64,000 nt of DNA from Candidatus Latescibacterota bacterium (GTDB lineage Bacteria; Latescibacterota; UBA2968; UBA8231): the NCBI GenBank assembly GCA_965261395.1, contig OZ253462.1:224001-288000 (forward strand). The letters run 5' to 3'. How positions within the stretch are numbered: the first letter of the stretch is position 1; the number at the start of each line of letters is the position of its first letter. Positions 39,441 to 49,232 of the stretch are shown here, piece after piece. A program made the position numbers and the translations under genes. Below the pieces are notes generated by a model that worked only from the letters and a program-made list of their open reading frames with translations, searched no databases and was not told the origin of the DNA.

Positions 39441-40814
39441 CTATCTGCTCTCCTTTACCGCGGCCACCAAATCCAATACTGCCTCCCGGGCATTGCCGAA
39501 AAACATCAGCGTATTCTCCGCGGCAAAAAGCGGATTGGGCAGCCCGGCAAACCCCGGGCTCAGGCTCCGCTTAATTACCACCACTGTGCGCGCATTATCC
39601 ACGTCGAGGATGGGCATTCCGGCAATCGGCCCGGAATCCGCGTCGCGGGCGAGGGGATTGACCACGTCGTTGGCGCCGATGATCAGCGCCACATCGGTCT
39701 GCTGGAAGGTCGGATTGATCCGATCCATCTCCACTAGCTTGTCGTAGGGCACTTCGGCTTCGGCCAATAGCACATTCATGTGGCCCGGCATCCGACCCGC
39801 CACCGGATGAATCGCGTACGCGACCTCGACACCGCGCTCTTCGAGCAAATTGGCCAAGTCCCGCACGGCGTGTTGCGCTTGGCCCACGGCCATGCCGTAG
39901 CCGGGGACCACCACCACGCGCCGGGCCGTGTCAAACAGCAACGCGACTTCCTCGGCCGAGGTTGACTTGATCTTGCCGGCATAGACCTCGTCGTCGCTGG
40001 TGCCGCTGGCGACCTCGGCACCGACGCCGCCGAAGAATACATTACCCAGCGAGCGGTTCATGGCCCGGCACATGATTTGCGTCAAAATCAGCCCCGAGGC
40101 CCCCACCAGCGACCCCGCGATAATCAGCACGTTGTTGTCGAGCACAAAGCCGGTAGCGGCCGCCGCCAGACCCGAACAAGAATTGAGCAAGGCAATCACC
40201 ACCGGCATATCGGCTCCGCCTATGGGCACCACGAGCAACACGCCCAACAGCGAGGCCACGCAGACCATGGCCCAGAAGGCGTCCGGCTCGCCCAGCACCA
40301 ACCAAGCACCCAAACCCGCGCTGCCGAGAGCCAGCACCCCGTTGCAAAACCGCTGGCCGGGAAACTGGATCAAGCCCTTGAGCACTTCCATCAGCTTGAG
40401 GAAGGCCACGATACTACCCCAGAAGGTCACCGCGCCGATGATCCCAGACGCGGCCGTGGCGGCCGTGAATTGGTAGGAAGGGGCCTGCGCCTCAATCAGC
40501 GCCGCGCCAGCCACCAGCGCGGAGGCACCGCCGCCCAAGCCGTTAAAACCCGCCACCAACTCGGGCATGGAGGTTAGGGGAATTTTTACCGCGAGGATCA
40601 TGCCAATCAGCGCACCGACGACTACGCCGAGCAAGATGTATTCGCCGGAGAGGATCCGCTGGTCCACCAGGGTGGCGACGACGGCCAACAACATCCCCAA
40701 GGCACCCAGCAAATTGCCGCGGACGGCCGTGCGCGGGTGCGTCAGCCCCTTGAGGCCGAGGATGAAGAAGACCGAGGCGACCAAGTAGGCGAAGTTAATC
40801 AGGGTCGCGCTCAT
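39441..40814 (-). CDS. pntB: NAD(P) transhydrogenase subunit beta
   Basis: 'GGADMPVVIALLNS', 'PGYGMAVGQAQH', 'HPVAGRMPGHMNVLLAEA', 'GANDVVNP'. Confidence 0.97.
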   Translation of the reverse strand: MSATLINFAYLVASVFFILGLKGLTHPRTAVRGNLLGALGMLLAVVATLVDQRILSGEYILLGVVVGALIGMILAVKIPLTSMPELVAGFNGLGGGASALVAGAALIEAQAPSYQFTAATAASGIIGAVTFWGSIVAFLKLMEVLKGLIQFPGQRFCNGVLALGSAGLGAWLVLGEPDAFWAMVCVASLLGVLLVVPIGGADMPVVIALLNSCSGLAAAATGFVLDNNVLIIAGSLVGASGLILTQIMCRAMNRSLGNVFFGGVGAEVASGTSDDEVYAGKIKSTSAEEVALLFDTARRVVVVPGYGMAVGQAQHAVRDLANLLEERGVEVAYAIHPVAGRMPGHMNVLLAEAEVPYDKLVEMDRINPTFQQTDVALIIGANDVVNPLARDADSGPIAGMPILDVDNARTVVVIKRSLSPGFAGLPNPLFAAENTLMFFGNAREAVLDLVAAVKESR

Positions 40815-40817
40815 GCG

Positions 40818-41099
40818 CTAGTCCCGTCTCCTAAACATCCCCAACATGCGGTGCGTCACCAGGAATCCACCCACCACGTTGATGGTGGCAAAGACGACAG
40901 CCGCCAGTCCCAAATAGGTAGCCAAAGCCGAGTGCTCTGAACCGGCCGAGAGCAGCGCACCGATCAGGGTGATGCCGGAGATGGCGTTGGACCCGGACAT
41001 CAGCGGCGTGTGCAGGGTCGGTGGGATCTTGGTGATGATTTCAAAGCCGACGAAGACAGCTAGTGCAAATACCGTCAGCGCGATTACGAGGACATCCAC
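40818..41099 (-). CDS. pntA: NAD(P) transhydrogenase alpha subunit, membrane part (PntAb)
   Basis: 'PTLHTPLMSGSNAISG', 'INVVGGFLVTHRMLGMF'. Confidence 0.95.
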   Translation of the reverse strand: MDVLVIALTVFALAVFVGFEIITKIPPTLHTPLMSGSNAISGITLIGALLSAGSEHSALATYLGLAAVVFATINVVGGFLVTHRMLGMFRRRD

Positions 41100-42247
41100 T
41101 ATAAGGCTCCTTTGCGGATGCGCGGATGGACGATCTCACCGCCGCGCAACACCAAGGTCTCGCGCGTGATTTCGTCTTCCATGTCGAATTGCAACGCTCC
41201 CTCGCCCGCCAAATGCCGGAAGAAGGTCGCTATATTGTGCGAGTACATTTGGCTGGCGTGGTGCGGCACAGTCGCCGGTAAATTGAGCGGCCCCATGATC
41301 TGCACTCCGTCCTCTACGACCGTCTCCCCAGGACGCGCCAGCTCGCAGTTGCCGCCGCGCTCGGCGGCCAAATCGACGATGACCGACCCCGGCCCCATGC
41401 TCTGCACGGCCGCGGCCGTAATCAACAAAGGGGCTGGTTGCCCTGGTATGGCGGCCGTGGTGATGATCACATCGCTCTGGCCAGCGACTTTGGCCAGTTC
41501 CTCGCGCTGGCGGCGGTAGAACACTTCGTCCTGTGCCCGCGCGTACCCGCCCGCGTCCTCGGAGTCGCCGGCGTCGATGTCCAGTTCCACGAACTTGGCC
41601 CCGAGGCTCTCGACCTGTTCTTTAACCGCCGGTCGCACGTCGTACGCCCGAATGACCGCTCCTAGGCGACGGGCCGTGGCAATGGCCTGGAGACCGGCGA
41701 CCCCTGCGCCGATGACCAGCACCCGAGCCGGGGTCAACGTGCCAGCGGCCGTCATCAAGAGCGGAAACATGCGCGGCAGAGCCGCAGCGGCCAAGAGCAC
41801 CGCTTTGTAGCCAGCGATCGTGGCCATAGACGAGAGCACATCCATGCTCTGGGCGCGAGTGATGCGCGGAATCAGTTCCATGGCGAACAGGGTCGCTCCG
41901 GCAGCGGCCAGCGCAGATAGTTGCGGACCAGCAGTCAGCGGGTCCGAAGCCCCAATGAGGACTTGACCGGAACGGATTCGGGCCAAGTCGGCGCGGCCGG
42001 CCTCCGGGTTCGCGCCGAGCGTGCGCACCTGGAACACCACGTCGGCGCGGGCGAATACCTCATCGCGGTCGGCAGCAATCTCAGCACCGCGGTCGGCATA
42101 GGCCGCGTCGGCATAGCCGGCTGCGGCACCCGCGCCCGGCTCTATTAGGATGTCCGCGTTGCAGGCCGACAACCCAGACGCAGCCTCCGGGACCAAGGCG
42201 ACCCGATGCTCTCCAGCGAAGGTCTCTCGTGCGATACCAACGATCAT
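41099..42247 (-). CDS. pntA: NAD(P) transhydrogenase alpha subunit, NAD-binding part (PntAa)
   Basis: 'GEHRVALVP', 'RAQSMDVLSS', 'GAGVAGLQAIATA', 'DLAAERGGNC'. Confidence 0.95.
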   Translation of the reverse strand: MIVGIARETFAGEHRVALVPEAASGLSACNADILIEPGAGAAAGYADAAYADRGAEIAADRDEVFARADVVFQVRTLGANPEAGRADLARIRSGQVLIGASDPLTAGPQLSALAAAGATLFAMELIPRITRAQSMDVLSSMATIAGYKAVLLAAAALPRMFPLLMTAAGTLTPARVLVIGAGVAGLQAIATARRLGAVIRAYDVRPAVKEQVESLGAKFVELDIDAGDSEDAGGYARAQDEVFYRRQREELAKVAGQSDVIITTAAIPGQPAPLLITAAAVQSMGPGSVIVDLAAERGGNCELARPGETVVEDGVQIMGPLNLPATVPHHASQMYSHNIATFFRHLAGEGALQFDMEDEITRETLVLRGGEIVHPRIRKGAL

Positions 42248-42250
42248 TTA

Positions 42251-42541
42251 TCAGTGGTGGGATACCAGCTTGTCGTGGTGCTTTTTTAGCTGGCTTTCGA
42301 TTTTGGACTCGGCTTCGGCGAGGGCCTTGTAGAGATTGTCCGCCGCCCCTGTGGCCGCAAACGTGCGGTTTGGTACCTTGACGATAATTTCCACTTTGTC
42401 GATGTGCTTTTCCTTGTCGAGGATGACTTCGCAATCCACGATGCGGTCGAAGTAGTTTTCGAGCTTATTACAAGAACTGGCAATGTGCGTTTTGGTTTCT
42501 TCTGAGATTTTGCCGTGGCGCATACTGATTCTGGGCTGCAT
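42251..42541 (-). CDS. hpf: Ribosome hibernation promoting factor / RaiA (short form)
   Basis: 'KLENYFDRIVDCEVIL', 'DNLYKALAEAESKIESQLKKHHDK'. Confidence 0.85.
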   Translation of the reverse strand: MQPRISMRHGKISEETKTHIASSCNKLENYFDRIVDCEVILDKEKHIDKVEIIVKVPNRTFAATGAADNLYKALAEAESKIESQLKKHHDKLVSHH

Positions 42542-42592
42542 CCCCTAATCCTTTCTCAATTGTTTAGACAAAATTTAATCGCCGACCCGCGC

Positions 42593-43876
42593 TTAGGGCC
42601 GCTCTGCGAGAGGCTGATAGGTGCGCTGAACCGAGCCGGTGTAAACCTGACGCGGGCGGCTGATTTTGGTGGCTTTGCTCTCCTCGTACCAATGCGCGAT
42701 CCAGCCCGGCATGCGGCCGATGGCGAAGATCACGGTGAACATCTCCTTGGGAATACCGAGGGCGCGGAGAATGACGCCGCTGTAGAAATCCACGTTGGGA
42801 TAGAGCTTGCGCTGGACGAAGTAATCGTCTCCCAGCGCCACAGCTTCGAGCTCTTTCGCGATGTCGAGCAGGGGGTCGTTGATGTGGAGCTTGGCCAACA
42901 CTTTCTCGCAGCTCTTTTTGATGATCTTAGCGCGCGGGTCAAAATTCTTGTACACCCGATGCCCAAACCCCATCAAGCGGATCCCGGCTTTCTTGTCCTT
43001 GACCTGCGCGACGTAGTCCCTGACCGAAACGTTTTCGTCGCGAAATTTCTCTAGCATGTCCACCACTGCCACATTGGCCCCGCCGTGCAGCGGCCCCCAC
43101 AGGGCGGAGACGCCCGCCGCCACCGAGGCGAAGAGGTTGGCTTCGCTGCTGCCTACCATCCGCACCGTCGAGGTGCTGCAATTCTGCTCGTGGTCGGCGT
43201 GGAGGAGGAAGATCAAATCCAGCGCGTCGACCAACACGGGGTCCGCCTCAAACTCGTTGTACGGCTGGCTGAACATCATGTGCAGGAAATTTTCTGCGTA
43301 CCTCTTTTTTGGATGCGGGTACTCGATGTGGTGGCCTAGCTGCTGGCGATGGGAATAGGCGGCAATGGTGCGGACCTTGGACATGATGCGCGCGGCCGCT
43401 TCGATGAAGGTCTCCTCGTCCTGAATTTCCAACAGCTCGGGGTAGTAGCAGCTCAAGGCATTGAGCACCGAAGACAACACGGCCATCGGCGGCGAGTTGG
43501 GCGGAAAGAGGCTGAAGTGTTGCTTTAGCTCCTCGCGCAGCATCTGGTGCTTGGTCAGCAGCGCACTGAACTCATCTAGCTGCGCGGCGTTGGGCAACTC
43601 GCCCCAGATAAGCAAATAGGCGACCTCGATGAAGCGACTGTATTCGGCCAAATCCTCGATCGCGTAGCCCCGGTAGCGCAGGATGCCCGCATCGCCGTCG
43701 ATAAAGGTGATGTCGCTCTGGCAGGAGCCCGTATTGCCGTAGCCGGGATCTAGGGCGATATATCCGGTCTCGGCGCGCAATCTGGCAATATCGAGTGCCT
43801 TTTCGCCCTCGCTGCCAACGACGATGGGCAGTTCGACGATCTGGTCCCCGGCCAGCAAGCGGGCGGTTTCCGCCAT
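42593..43876 (-). CDS. gltA: Citrate synthase (type II)
   Basis: 'LHADHEQNCSTSTVR', 'WGPLHGGAN', 'MGFGHRVYKNFDPRA', 'YPNVDFYSG'. Confidence 0.97.
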   Translation of the reverse strand: MAETARLLAGDQIVELPIVVGSEGEKALDIARLRAETGYIALDPGYGNTGSCQSDITFIDGDAGILRYRGYAIEDLAEYSRFIEVAYLLIWGELPNAAQLDEFSALLTKHQMLREELKQHFSLFPPNSPPMAVLSSVLNALSCYYPELLEIQDEETFIEAAARIMSKVRTIAAYSHRQQLGHHIEYPHPKKRYAENFLHMMFSQPYNEFEADPVLVDALDLIFLLHADHEQNCSTSTVRMVGSSEANLFASVAAGVSALWGPLHGGANVAVVDMLEKFRDENVSVRDYVAQVKDKKAGIRLMGFGHRVYKNFDPRAKIIKKSCEKVLAKLHINDPLLDIAKELEAVALGDDYFVQRKLYPNVDFYSGVILRALGIPKEMFTVIFAIGRMPGWIAHWYEESKATKISRPRQVYTGSVQRTYQPLAERP

Positions 43877-43957
43877 GTCTCGTTCTCCTTAATGTAACTC
43901 GGTCGCCGGGTGCGCTGAGTCGTGCCCCAAGCGCGATAGGTGTGCTGTTTTTATCAG

Positions 43958-43986
43958 ATAGTAGGCCCTAAAATTTGCACTGTCAA
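43958..43986 (-). promoter_or_regulatory. sigma70-type promoter for gltA (possibly gltA-hpf-pnt)
   Basis: TTGACA-N17-TACTAT on the minus strand. Confidence 0.65.
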
Positions 43987-44062
43987 TTGTACTAGGGCTC
44001 CTCAGCGATACGCGCTGGCAGGTGCTTGATATCCGTAAAATTGGACGGTGACGAATAGCTAA

Positions 44063-45742
44063 CTACTGGTGCGGAATCACCGGCAAGAGTACATGAGACG
44101 GATGCGCTCTGGAGTGTTGCACCGTCTGTTGCGCGCTGCGCATTTCAGTGTCCGTACCGAGGTCGTTGCCGGTGTTGTGGTTTCTGTCGAAGCGCGGAAA
44201 ATTGGATGAAGACACTTCGATCCTGATCCTGTGCCCCTGCTTGAAGACATTGCCGGTGACGGCGAGATCAATCTCGTACTGGTACGTTTGATCGGGCTGG
44301 AGCAACTTGGGTGAGGTGAAGCCCTCGCGGTAGCGCGCCCGGACGATACCGTCGCAGAGATTCTTGGCGTATCCGCTGGTTGACACGTCCACCAGCTTGG
44401 CGGTCCAATCGGTATCTAGCCCGTCTGTAGCCGCGTATAGAACGAGCTTGATCGGCCCCGTTACCTCGAGGTCGGCTGCCAAAGGCTCGCTGGTGTAACA
44501 GAGCACGTCGCCCCTCATCTCCACATCGCGCTGGTCGTACGGCCCCCAAGGCACAATGTGGGGCGAGCAACAGTTGTTGCCGCCCACGGTCTGCACGGGA
44601 AAATCGGGATCGTACGCAAAGTGATCCGCAGGCTCGTCGCCCGGCTCAACCGGCGATAGACAGCCGTCGCCCAACAGCGAGTTGGCGTTTCCAGCAGAGT
44701 GCAGATACCACTTTTGCCAGTCGGTCCTAGCCAGCGGCCATTCGCACTCATCTCTCCATTCATTGACGCCCATTATGAAGAGCCGTAGCGGGGCCTCGCC
44801 GACGATACCGTTGTCAATGCCCCTCAGCCAATAATCAAACCAACGCAACTCCAACGCCTCCAAGTCGTACATCGAGTTCGCGCCGAAGTCGATGTCACCC
44901 GTCTTGGTAGAAACACTGAGCGCGTGCGGCCAAGGACCGACGATGAGCTGACTTTGTCTAGCTTCGGGCGTCCGCCCATGCAGCCTCAGACCGTTGAAGT
45001 TGATAAAGGTGTTGTGGGAGTAGAGGTCGTACCAGCCTCCCATTATCAGGGCGGGAGCCGCGATTTCGTCCCACTTATTCTCGACGTTGACCGAGTCCCA
45101 GTAGGAGTCGTATTCGGAGTGCGTTACCCAATCCCGCCAAAACTGTAGGGTTCGGCCCGCCTGTTGATCCATGTCGATGAGTGGGATCAAGCGAAAGGCC
45201 TCCGTCCAGTTGTGGTACTCAATGCTCTGAGCGGTGCGGCCATTGGTGCGCATCCCCCACGTGAGGGCGACGTTGAGTTGGAACGCCCCGCCGGGGTGAA
45301 TGAGGCCCGAGTACAGATCGCCGCACATGACCCTCGGTGCCATGCACGTCAGGTGCTGGCTGCGGTGAGGCGCGCTCTGCCACTGCACCCATCCGAGATA
45401 GGAGCCTCCGGCCATACCGATTTTGCCGTCGCTCCACTCCTGCTGACCAATCCATTCCTGCGTATCAAAACCATCCGGGCCGTGGTTGAACAGCGCGTAG
45501 TGAACGCCGTCGGAGTCCCAGCGGCCTCGCACGTCTTGGATGACGCAGGCATAGCCGTTATTGGCCAGCCGCATGGCCTTCTCGATCATGAGCGGCGTGT
45601 TGTTGTCGTACGGCGTGCGCATCAACACGGTCGGAAACCTACCCGATGCCCTCGGCAGATAGAGGTCGGAAGAAAGATCGACGCCGTCCCGCATCCGCGT
45701 TGGGACATTCAATCTCATATCGACTGCGTAATTTGGCTGCAT
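44063..45742 (-). CDS. CocE/NonD family serine hydrolase
   Basis: 'MRDGVDLSSDLY', 'RTPY', nucleophile motif 'GGSYLG', 'GGWYD', 'GPWPH', 'SSSNFPRFDRN'. Start placed at ATG 45742. Confidence 0.92.
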   Translation of the reverse strand: MQPNYAVDMRLNVPTRMRDGVDLSSDLYLPRASGRFPTVLMRTPYDNNTPLMIEKAMRLANNGYACVIQDVRGRWDSDGVHYALFNHGPDGFDTQEWIGQQEWSDGKIGMAGGSYLGWVQWQSAPHRSQHLTCMAPRVMCGDLYSGLIHPGGAFQLNVALTWGMRTNGRTAQSIEYHNWTEAFRLIPLIDMDQQAGRTLQFWRDWVTHSEYDSYWDSVNVENKWDEIAAPALIMGGWYDLYSHNTFINFNGLRLHGRTPEARQSQLIVGPWPHALSVSTKTGDIDFGANSMYDLEALELRWFDYWLRGIDNGIVGEAPLRLFIMGVNEWRDECEWPLARTDWQKWYLHSAGNANSLLGDGCLSPVEPGDEPADHFAYDPDFPVQTVGGNNCCSPHIVPWGPYDQRDVEMRGDVLCYTSEPLAADLEVTGPIKLVLYAATDGLDTDWTAKLVDVSTSGYAKNLCDGIVRARYREGFTSPKLLQPDQTYQYEIDLAVTGNVFKQGHRIRIEVSSSNFPRFDRNHNTGNDLGTDTEMRSAQQTVQHSRAHPSHVLLPVIPHQ

Positions 45743-45776
45743 AGTTGGCCCCGGTGGGTTGAAGAGTAGCCGTGCC

Positions 45777-46070
45777 CTACTGGTTGCGGATCGCTTCGAT
45801 TTTGGCGTCGCGCTCGGCAAAGAGTTCGTTGCGGACTTTGCTCATTTGCCCCTGCACTTGGCGACGCGCTGCGACGAGGGCCTGCGGGTCTGCGCCCGAG
45901 GCCTGTTCTAACAGCCCCTTGAGCGCGATCTCTTGCTCGGCCCACTTGGCCTCGTACTGCTTGCGCACTTGGTCTATGGCCTCTTTCTGCTCGTCTGTCA
46001 GCTTGATCCCCTCTGCGCCCCCGACCGCCTCGTTGGCCTTTTCCATGGCCAGTTCAAGTGCCGATTTCAT
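45777..46070 (-). CDS. Small helical hypothetical protein (MKSALELAMEK...)
   Basis: RBS CAGGAG before ATG 46070. Charged, coiled-coil-like 97-aa protein. Confidence 0.7.
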   Translation of the reverse strand: MKSALELAMEKANEAVGGAEGIKLTDEQKEAIDQVRKQYEAKWAEQEIALKGLLEQASGADPQALVAARRQVQGQMSKVRNELFAERDAKIEAIRNQ

Positions 46071-46225
46071 CGCAAACTCTCCTGTGTTGACATCGCCTGA
46101 TAACGGGCTTAACATCGGGAAAAAGATAGCGGCTGGCCGCAATCGCGACAAATTGCGTTATCCACCCTCTACTATCGAGCAGGCAGCGACCTGCCGCCCC
46201 AACTCACCACGCCAAAAGGAATCCC

Positions 46226-46669
46226 ATGTCCAAACAGTGGAAAGTCTATCTAGCCGGCGAGATTCACAGTGCCTGGCGCGAGCGCATCGCTCAAGCGGCC
46301 AGCGACCTACCGGTCGAGTTCACTGCTCCGGTCACCGATCACTCAGCCAGCGACAACTGCGGCATCGATATTCTCGGGCCGGAGGAAAGCAGCTTTTGGC
46401 AGGATCACAAAGGCGCTCAGCTCAATGCCATTCGCACCCGCACCCTAATCCGCGACGCCGACTTGGTGGTGGTGCGCTTCGGCGATCAGTACCGCCAGTG
46501 GAACGCGGCCTTTGACGCGGGATTTGCCGCCGCCTGTAACAAGCCGCTGATCATCCTCCATCCGCCCGAGTTGCAACACGCGCTCAAGGAGGTGGATGCA
46601 GCCGCGCTCGCCGTGGCGAGTGAGCCCGAGCAAGTCGCGGCCGTGCTGCGCTATGTCATCGAAGGGTAA
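46226..46669 (+). CDS. YtoQ family protein (nucleoside 2-deoxyribosyltransferase-like fold)
   Basis: 'VYLAGEIHSAWRE', 'VRFGDQYRQWNAAFDAG', 'HALKEVD'. Confidence 0.88.
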   Translation: MSKQWKVYLAGEIHSAWRERIAQAASDLPVEFTAPVTDHSASDNCGIDILGPEESSFWQDHKGAQLNAIRTRTLIRDADLVVVRFGDQYRQWNAAFDAGFAAACNKPLIILHPPELQHALKEVDAAALAVASEPEQVAAVLRYVIEG

Positions 46670-46675
46670 AACAGG

Positions 46676-49225
46676 TCAGCGCAGCAAGATCATCTTGTGC
46701 TGCGCGCGGTAGGAATCGGCTTTGAGCGCGTAGAAGTAGAGGCCGCTCCGGTAGCCGGTCGCGTCCCATTCCACCTCGTGCCGCCCCGGCGGCATCCGCC
46801 TCTCCACCAGCCGCGCGACCTCCTGCCCCAAGACGTTGTACACTGTTAGTTGCACTAAGCTGGCCATGGGCAAATCGAAGCGGATTTTGGTCGTCGGATT
46901 GAACGGGTTGGGCGCGTTGGGGTGCAGGGCGTAGCGCTCGGGACGCGGTTGCGCTCCCTTTTGCGCTTCGACGTGCTGGTCAGATCCCAATTCCAGCGTC
47001 CCCTCGCCCGCTAGCTCCAACACGATCATCTCGCCTTCAACGGCTGTACCCAGCCATGTGCCACCGAGCAAGCGAGCCGCAGTCCACTCATTCCCCGCAT
47101 GGGGTATTTTTAACTGGTAGCCCGCGCCGGGACCGCGCACAAAACCCCCAAAGTCGTCTCGCTCCATGCTCACGTCTATCATTTCGCTGGCCCGGAAGAC
47201 CGTCTCGCCGTCGGCCAAAAGGTAGGTCGCGTCTTGGGCTGCAAAGCGGGTGAGCTGGCCATCGACATAGCGCACGTAGCCGAAGCGGGCGTCGCTGACT
47301 AAGTGGGCATCCGGCCCGGATACAGTGCCCTCGGACGCATTGCTACTGCGCAGCCAAGCCAAATCCCGCACTCCGGCCAACGTCACCACGGCCGCCTCGG
47401 CTCCTTGCGCGGATGCAGTCTCAAACGCCGGCTCGGCCTCCCCAATCGCCCGCGGATACAGCACTGCTAGGTACCGCCCATCGACGCCCTCTTGCTGCAC
47501 CCGCAACACTGTGTGGGTCTGCTCTTGGCGATAGTCAAAGGAGTGTATCGCCTCGCTCTCCAGCGCAACCCGGCCGGGCTGATCGGGCAAAAACGCCAGC
47601 AACTCGGCTTTTTCCTGCGTCCACCGCGCCAAGTTGCCAGCGCGGGCATACGCGCCCCCGCTGGTGCCGCCGCCGTTGCCGTGCAGCCGCCACTCGTAGG
47701 TGTGGCGACGGCCCGGATCGTCGATCTCGTCGGCCACGAAGAAGTACCTGTGGTCGGCAAAAAAGACCCGCCGCCTTAGCTCGACACCCCGGTAGGCAGT
47801 GCAGACTTCCGCGTAGTCGCCAGCGGCACTGGTGAAGAATGCCTCGATAAAAGCGTCGTTGCGGTCGCCGATGGTCCCCACCACGGGCAAAATCCGGCGC
47901 GGCGGCCCATTGCCATCGACCAGCACCACGTTGTGATTGCGGCCTTTGTTGACCTTGTCGTGGTTGTCAAAATTGATGTAACCCGCATCTACGGCCAGCA
48001 TCTCGCCGCCGGCGTAGAGCACAAAGCTGGTCCCGTCGGGGTGCTCGTGCGCGAACCCATGCTCGCGTGCCGTGCCGTTTTCGCCGCGCAAGAGCATATA
48101 GGTAGCTGTGGCCGACCAGTCGCTGCGGAAAACGGCGTCTCCAGCCCCCGGCATAAAAACCGACGGACCGTGCGTCGGCTCTTGCGCGGGCACGCTGTCG
48201 TCGTACAGGGCGATGGCGTCCATCTCGGCAAACTGGCGCACATACAGGCCGCGCTCGTTGTTTTCCCAGTCCCAGCGATGAACCCCGCCGTTGGCTTGCA
48301 CGGCCGCGAGGTAATGCCCGTAGAAATCGTCCAAGTGGCCGTCGTCGATGTTGGGACGCCGGCCATTGGGCAGCCGCAGGTTCAGGGACCACTCGTGCAT
48401 CTTCTCGATCTTGGGATCGGCAAACAAGTCCAAGCCGGTGCGGTTCTTGAGCGCAAACAAGTAGGGCAAATAAACATCCGCAGCGTAGCGGCTGTAGAAC
48501 GGTCCCTCCGCGTACCCCCCGTCCCGCCCTTCGATCTGGAAATCGAGGCTGCTGGAGACCATCTCCAAGGCGCGGTCAGCCCATTCCTGCGGCGTGCCCT
48601 CGCCGCTGGTGTACTCGCTCAAGGCCATGGCCGCCAGCCCGAGGCCGCCGTATGTGCGGATGTGCCAGTTGTCGAGATGCGGAGTCTCGTGCAAGCGAAT
48701 TTTGACCTTGAACGGCCCCAACCCCACCTTGCCAATCACGATGCCCTTCCACAGGCGATCGGCTTCCTCGCCGAGAATCGACCGCATCGCTTGCAGGGCC
48801 TGGGGGTCGTTGGCCGCAGCATAGGCGTGCAGGATATCGTAGGCCACGGCGTACTGGGCCACGACCTCGCCCTCGTTGTGCGGCTCGCCCAAATCGCCTC
48901 CTCGCGGCGGGAACGCCACCCCCTGCATCACTGCCAACGCGCGCTCGGCAAACGCGGCATTGTCGGTCATCAGCCAAGCGAAGGCAAGGGACTTGGCGTA
49001 GCGGACCTCGGCGCGCTCGTCAACAAAGGTCGCCGGGGCGTTTCGCGCCCGCTGCAACACGATCTGCCACCACGTGGTATATGGTTCGCGCTGGATGCGC
49101 TCTTTGAGCAGGGAAATATCTTCGGCGGAAAAAAGCAGGCCCGGATGCACTTCGGCAGATAGCGTCTGCGCGGCAGCGCCCATCGGCACAAGAGCCAAGG
49201 TGGCGCAAAGGGCCAAGGCGATCAT
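46676..49225 (-). CDS. Secreted heparinase II/III-like polysaccharide lyase with T9SS-like C-terminal domain
   Basis: Signal 'GAAA|Q', 'HPGLLFS', 'DGGYAEGPFY', 'VFRSDW', 'HEHPDGTSF', 'HNVVLVDG', C-terminus 'NAPNPFNPTT...HKMILLR'. An alternative TTG start lies at 49255. Confidence 0.8.
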   Translation of the reverse strand: MIALALCATLALVPMGAAAQTLSAEVHPGLLFSAEDISLLKERIQREPYTTWWQIVLQRARNAPATFVDERAEVRYAKSLAFAWLMTDNAAFAERALAVMQGVAFPPRGGDLGEPHNEGEVVAQYAVAYDILHAYAAANDPQALQAMRSILGEEADRLWKGIVIGKVGLGPFKVKIRLHETPHLDNWHIRTYGGLGLAAMALSEYTSGEGTPQEWADRALEMVSSSLDFQIEGRDGGYAEGPFYSRYAADVYLPYLFALKNRTGLDLFADPKIEKMHEWSLNLRLPNGRRPNIDDGHLDDFYGHYLAAVQANGGVHRWDWENNERGLYVRQFAEMDAIALYDDSVPAQEPTHGPSVFMPGAGDAVFRSDWSATATYMLLRGENGTAREHGFAHEHPDGTSFVLYAGGEMLAVDAGYINFDNHDKVNKGRNHNVVLVDGNGPPRRILPVVGTIGDRNDAFIEAFFTSAAGDYAEVCTAYRGVELRRRVFFADHRYFFVADEIDDPGRRHTYEWRLHGNGGGTSGGAYARAGNLARWTQEKAELLAFLPDQPGRVALESEAIHSFDYRQEQTHTVLRVQQEGVDGRYLAVLYPRAIGEAEPAFETASAQGAEAAVVTLAGVRDLAWLRSSNASEGTVSGPDAHLVSDARFGYVRYVDGQLTRFAAQDATYLLADGETVFRASEMIDVSMERDDFGGFVRGPGAGYQLKIPHAGNEWTAARLLGGTWLGTAVEGEMIVLELAGEGTLELGSDQHVEAQKGAQPRPERYALHPNAPNPFNPTTKIRFDLPMASLVQLTVYNVLGQEVARLVERRMPPGRHEVEWDATGYRSGLYFYALKADSYRAQHKMILLR

Positions 49226-49232
49226 AAGACTT

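Noticed and set aside
40818-42247. Split pntA as a pseudogene
   Set aside because: A two-gene alpha subunit (PntAa/PntAb) is a known natural arrangement, and both parts are intact.
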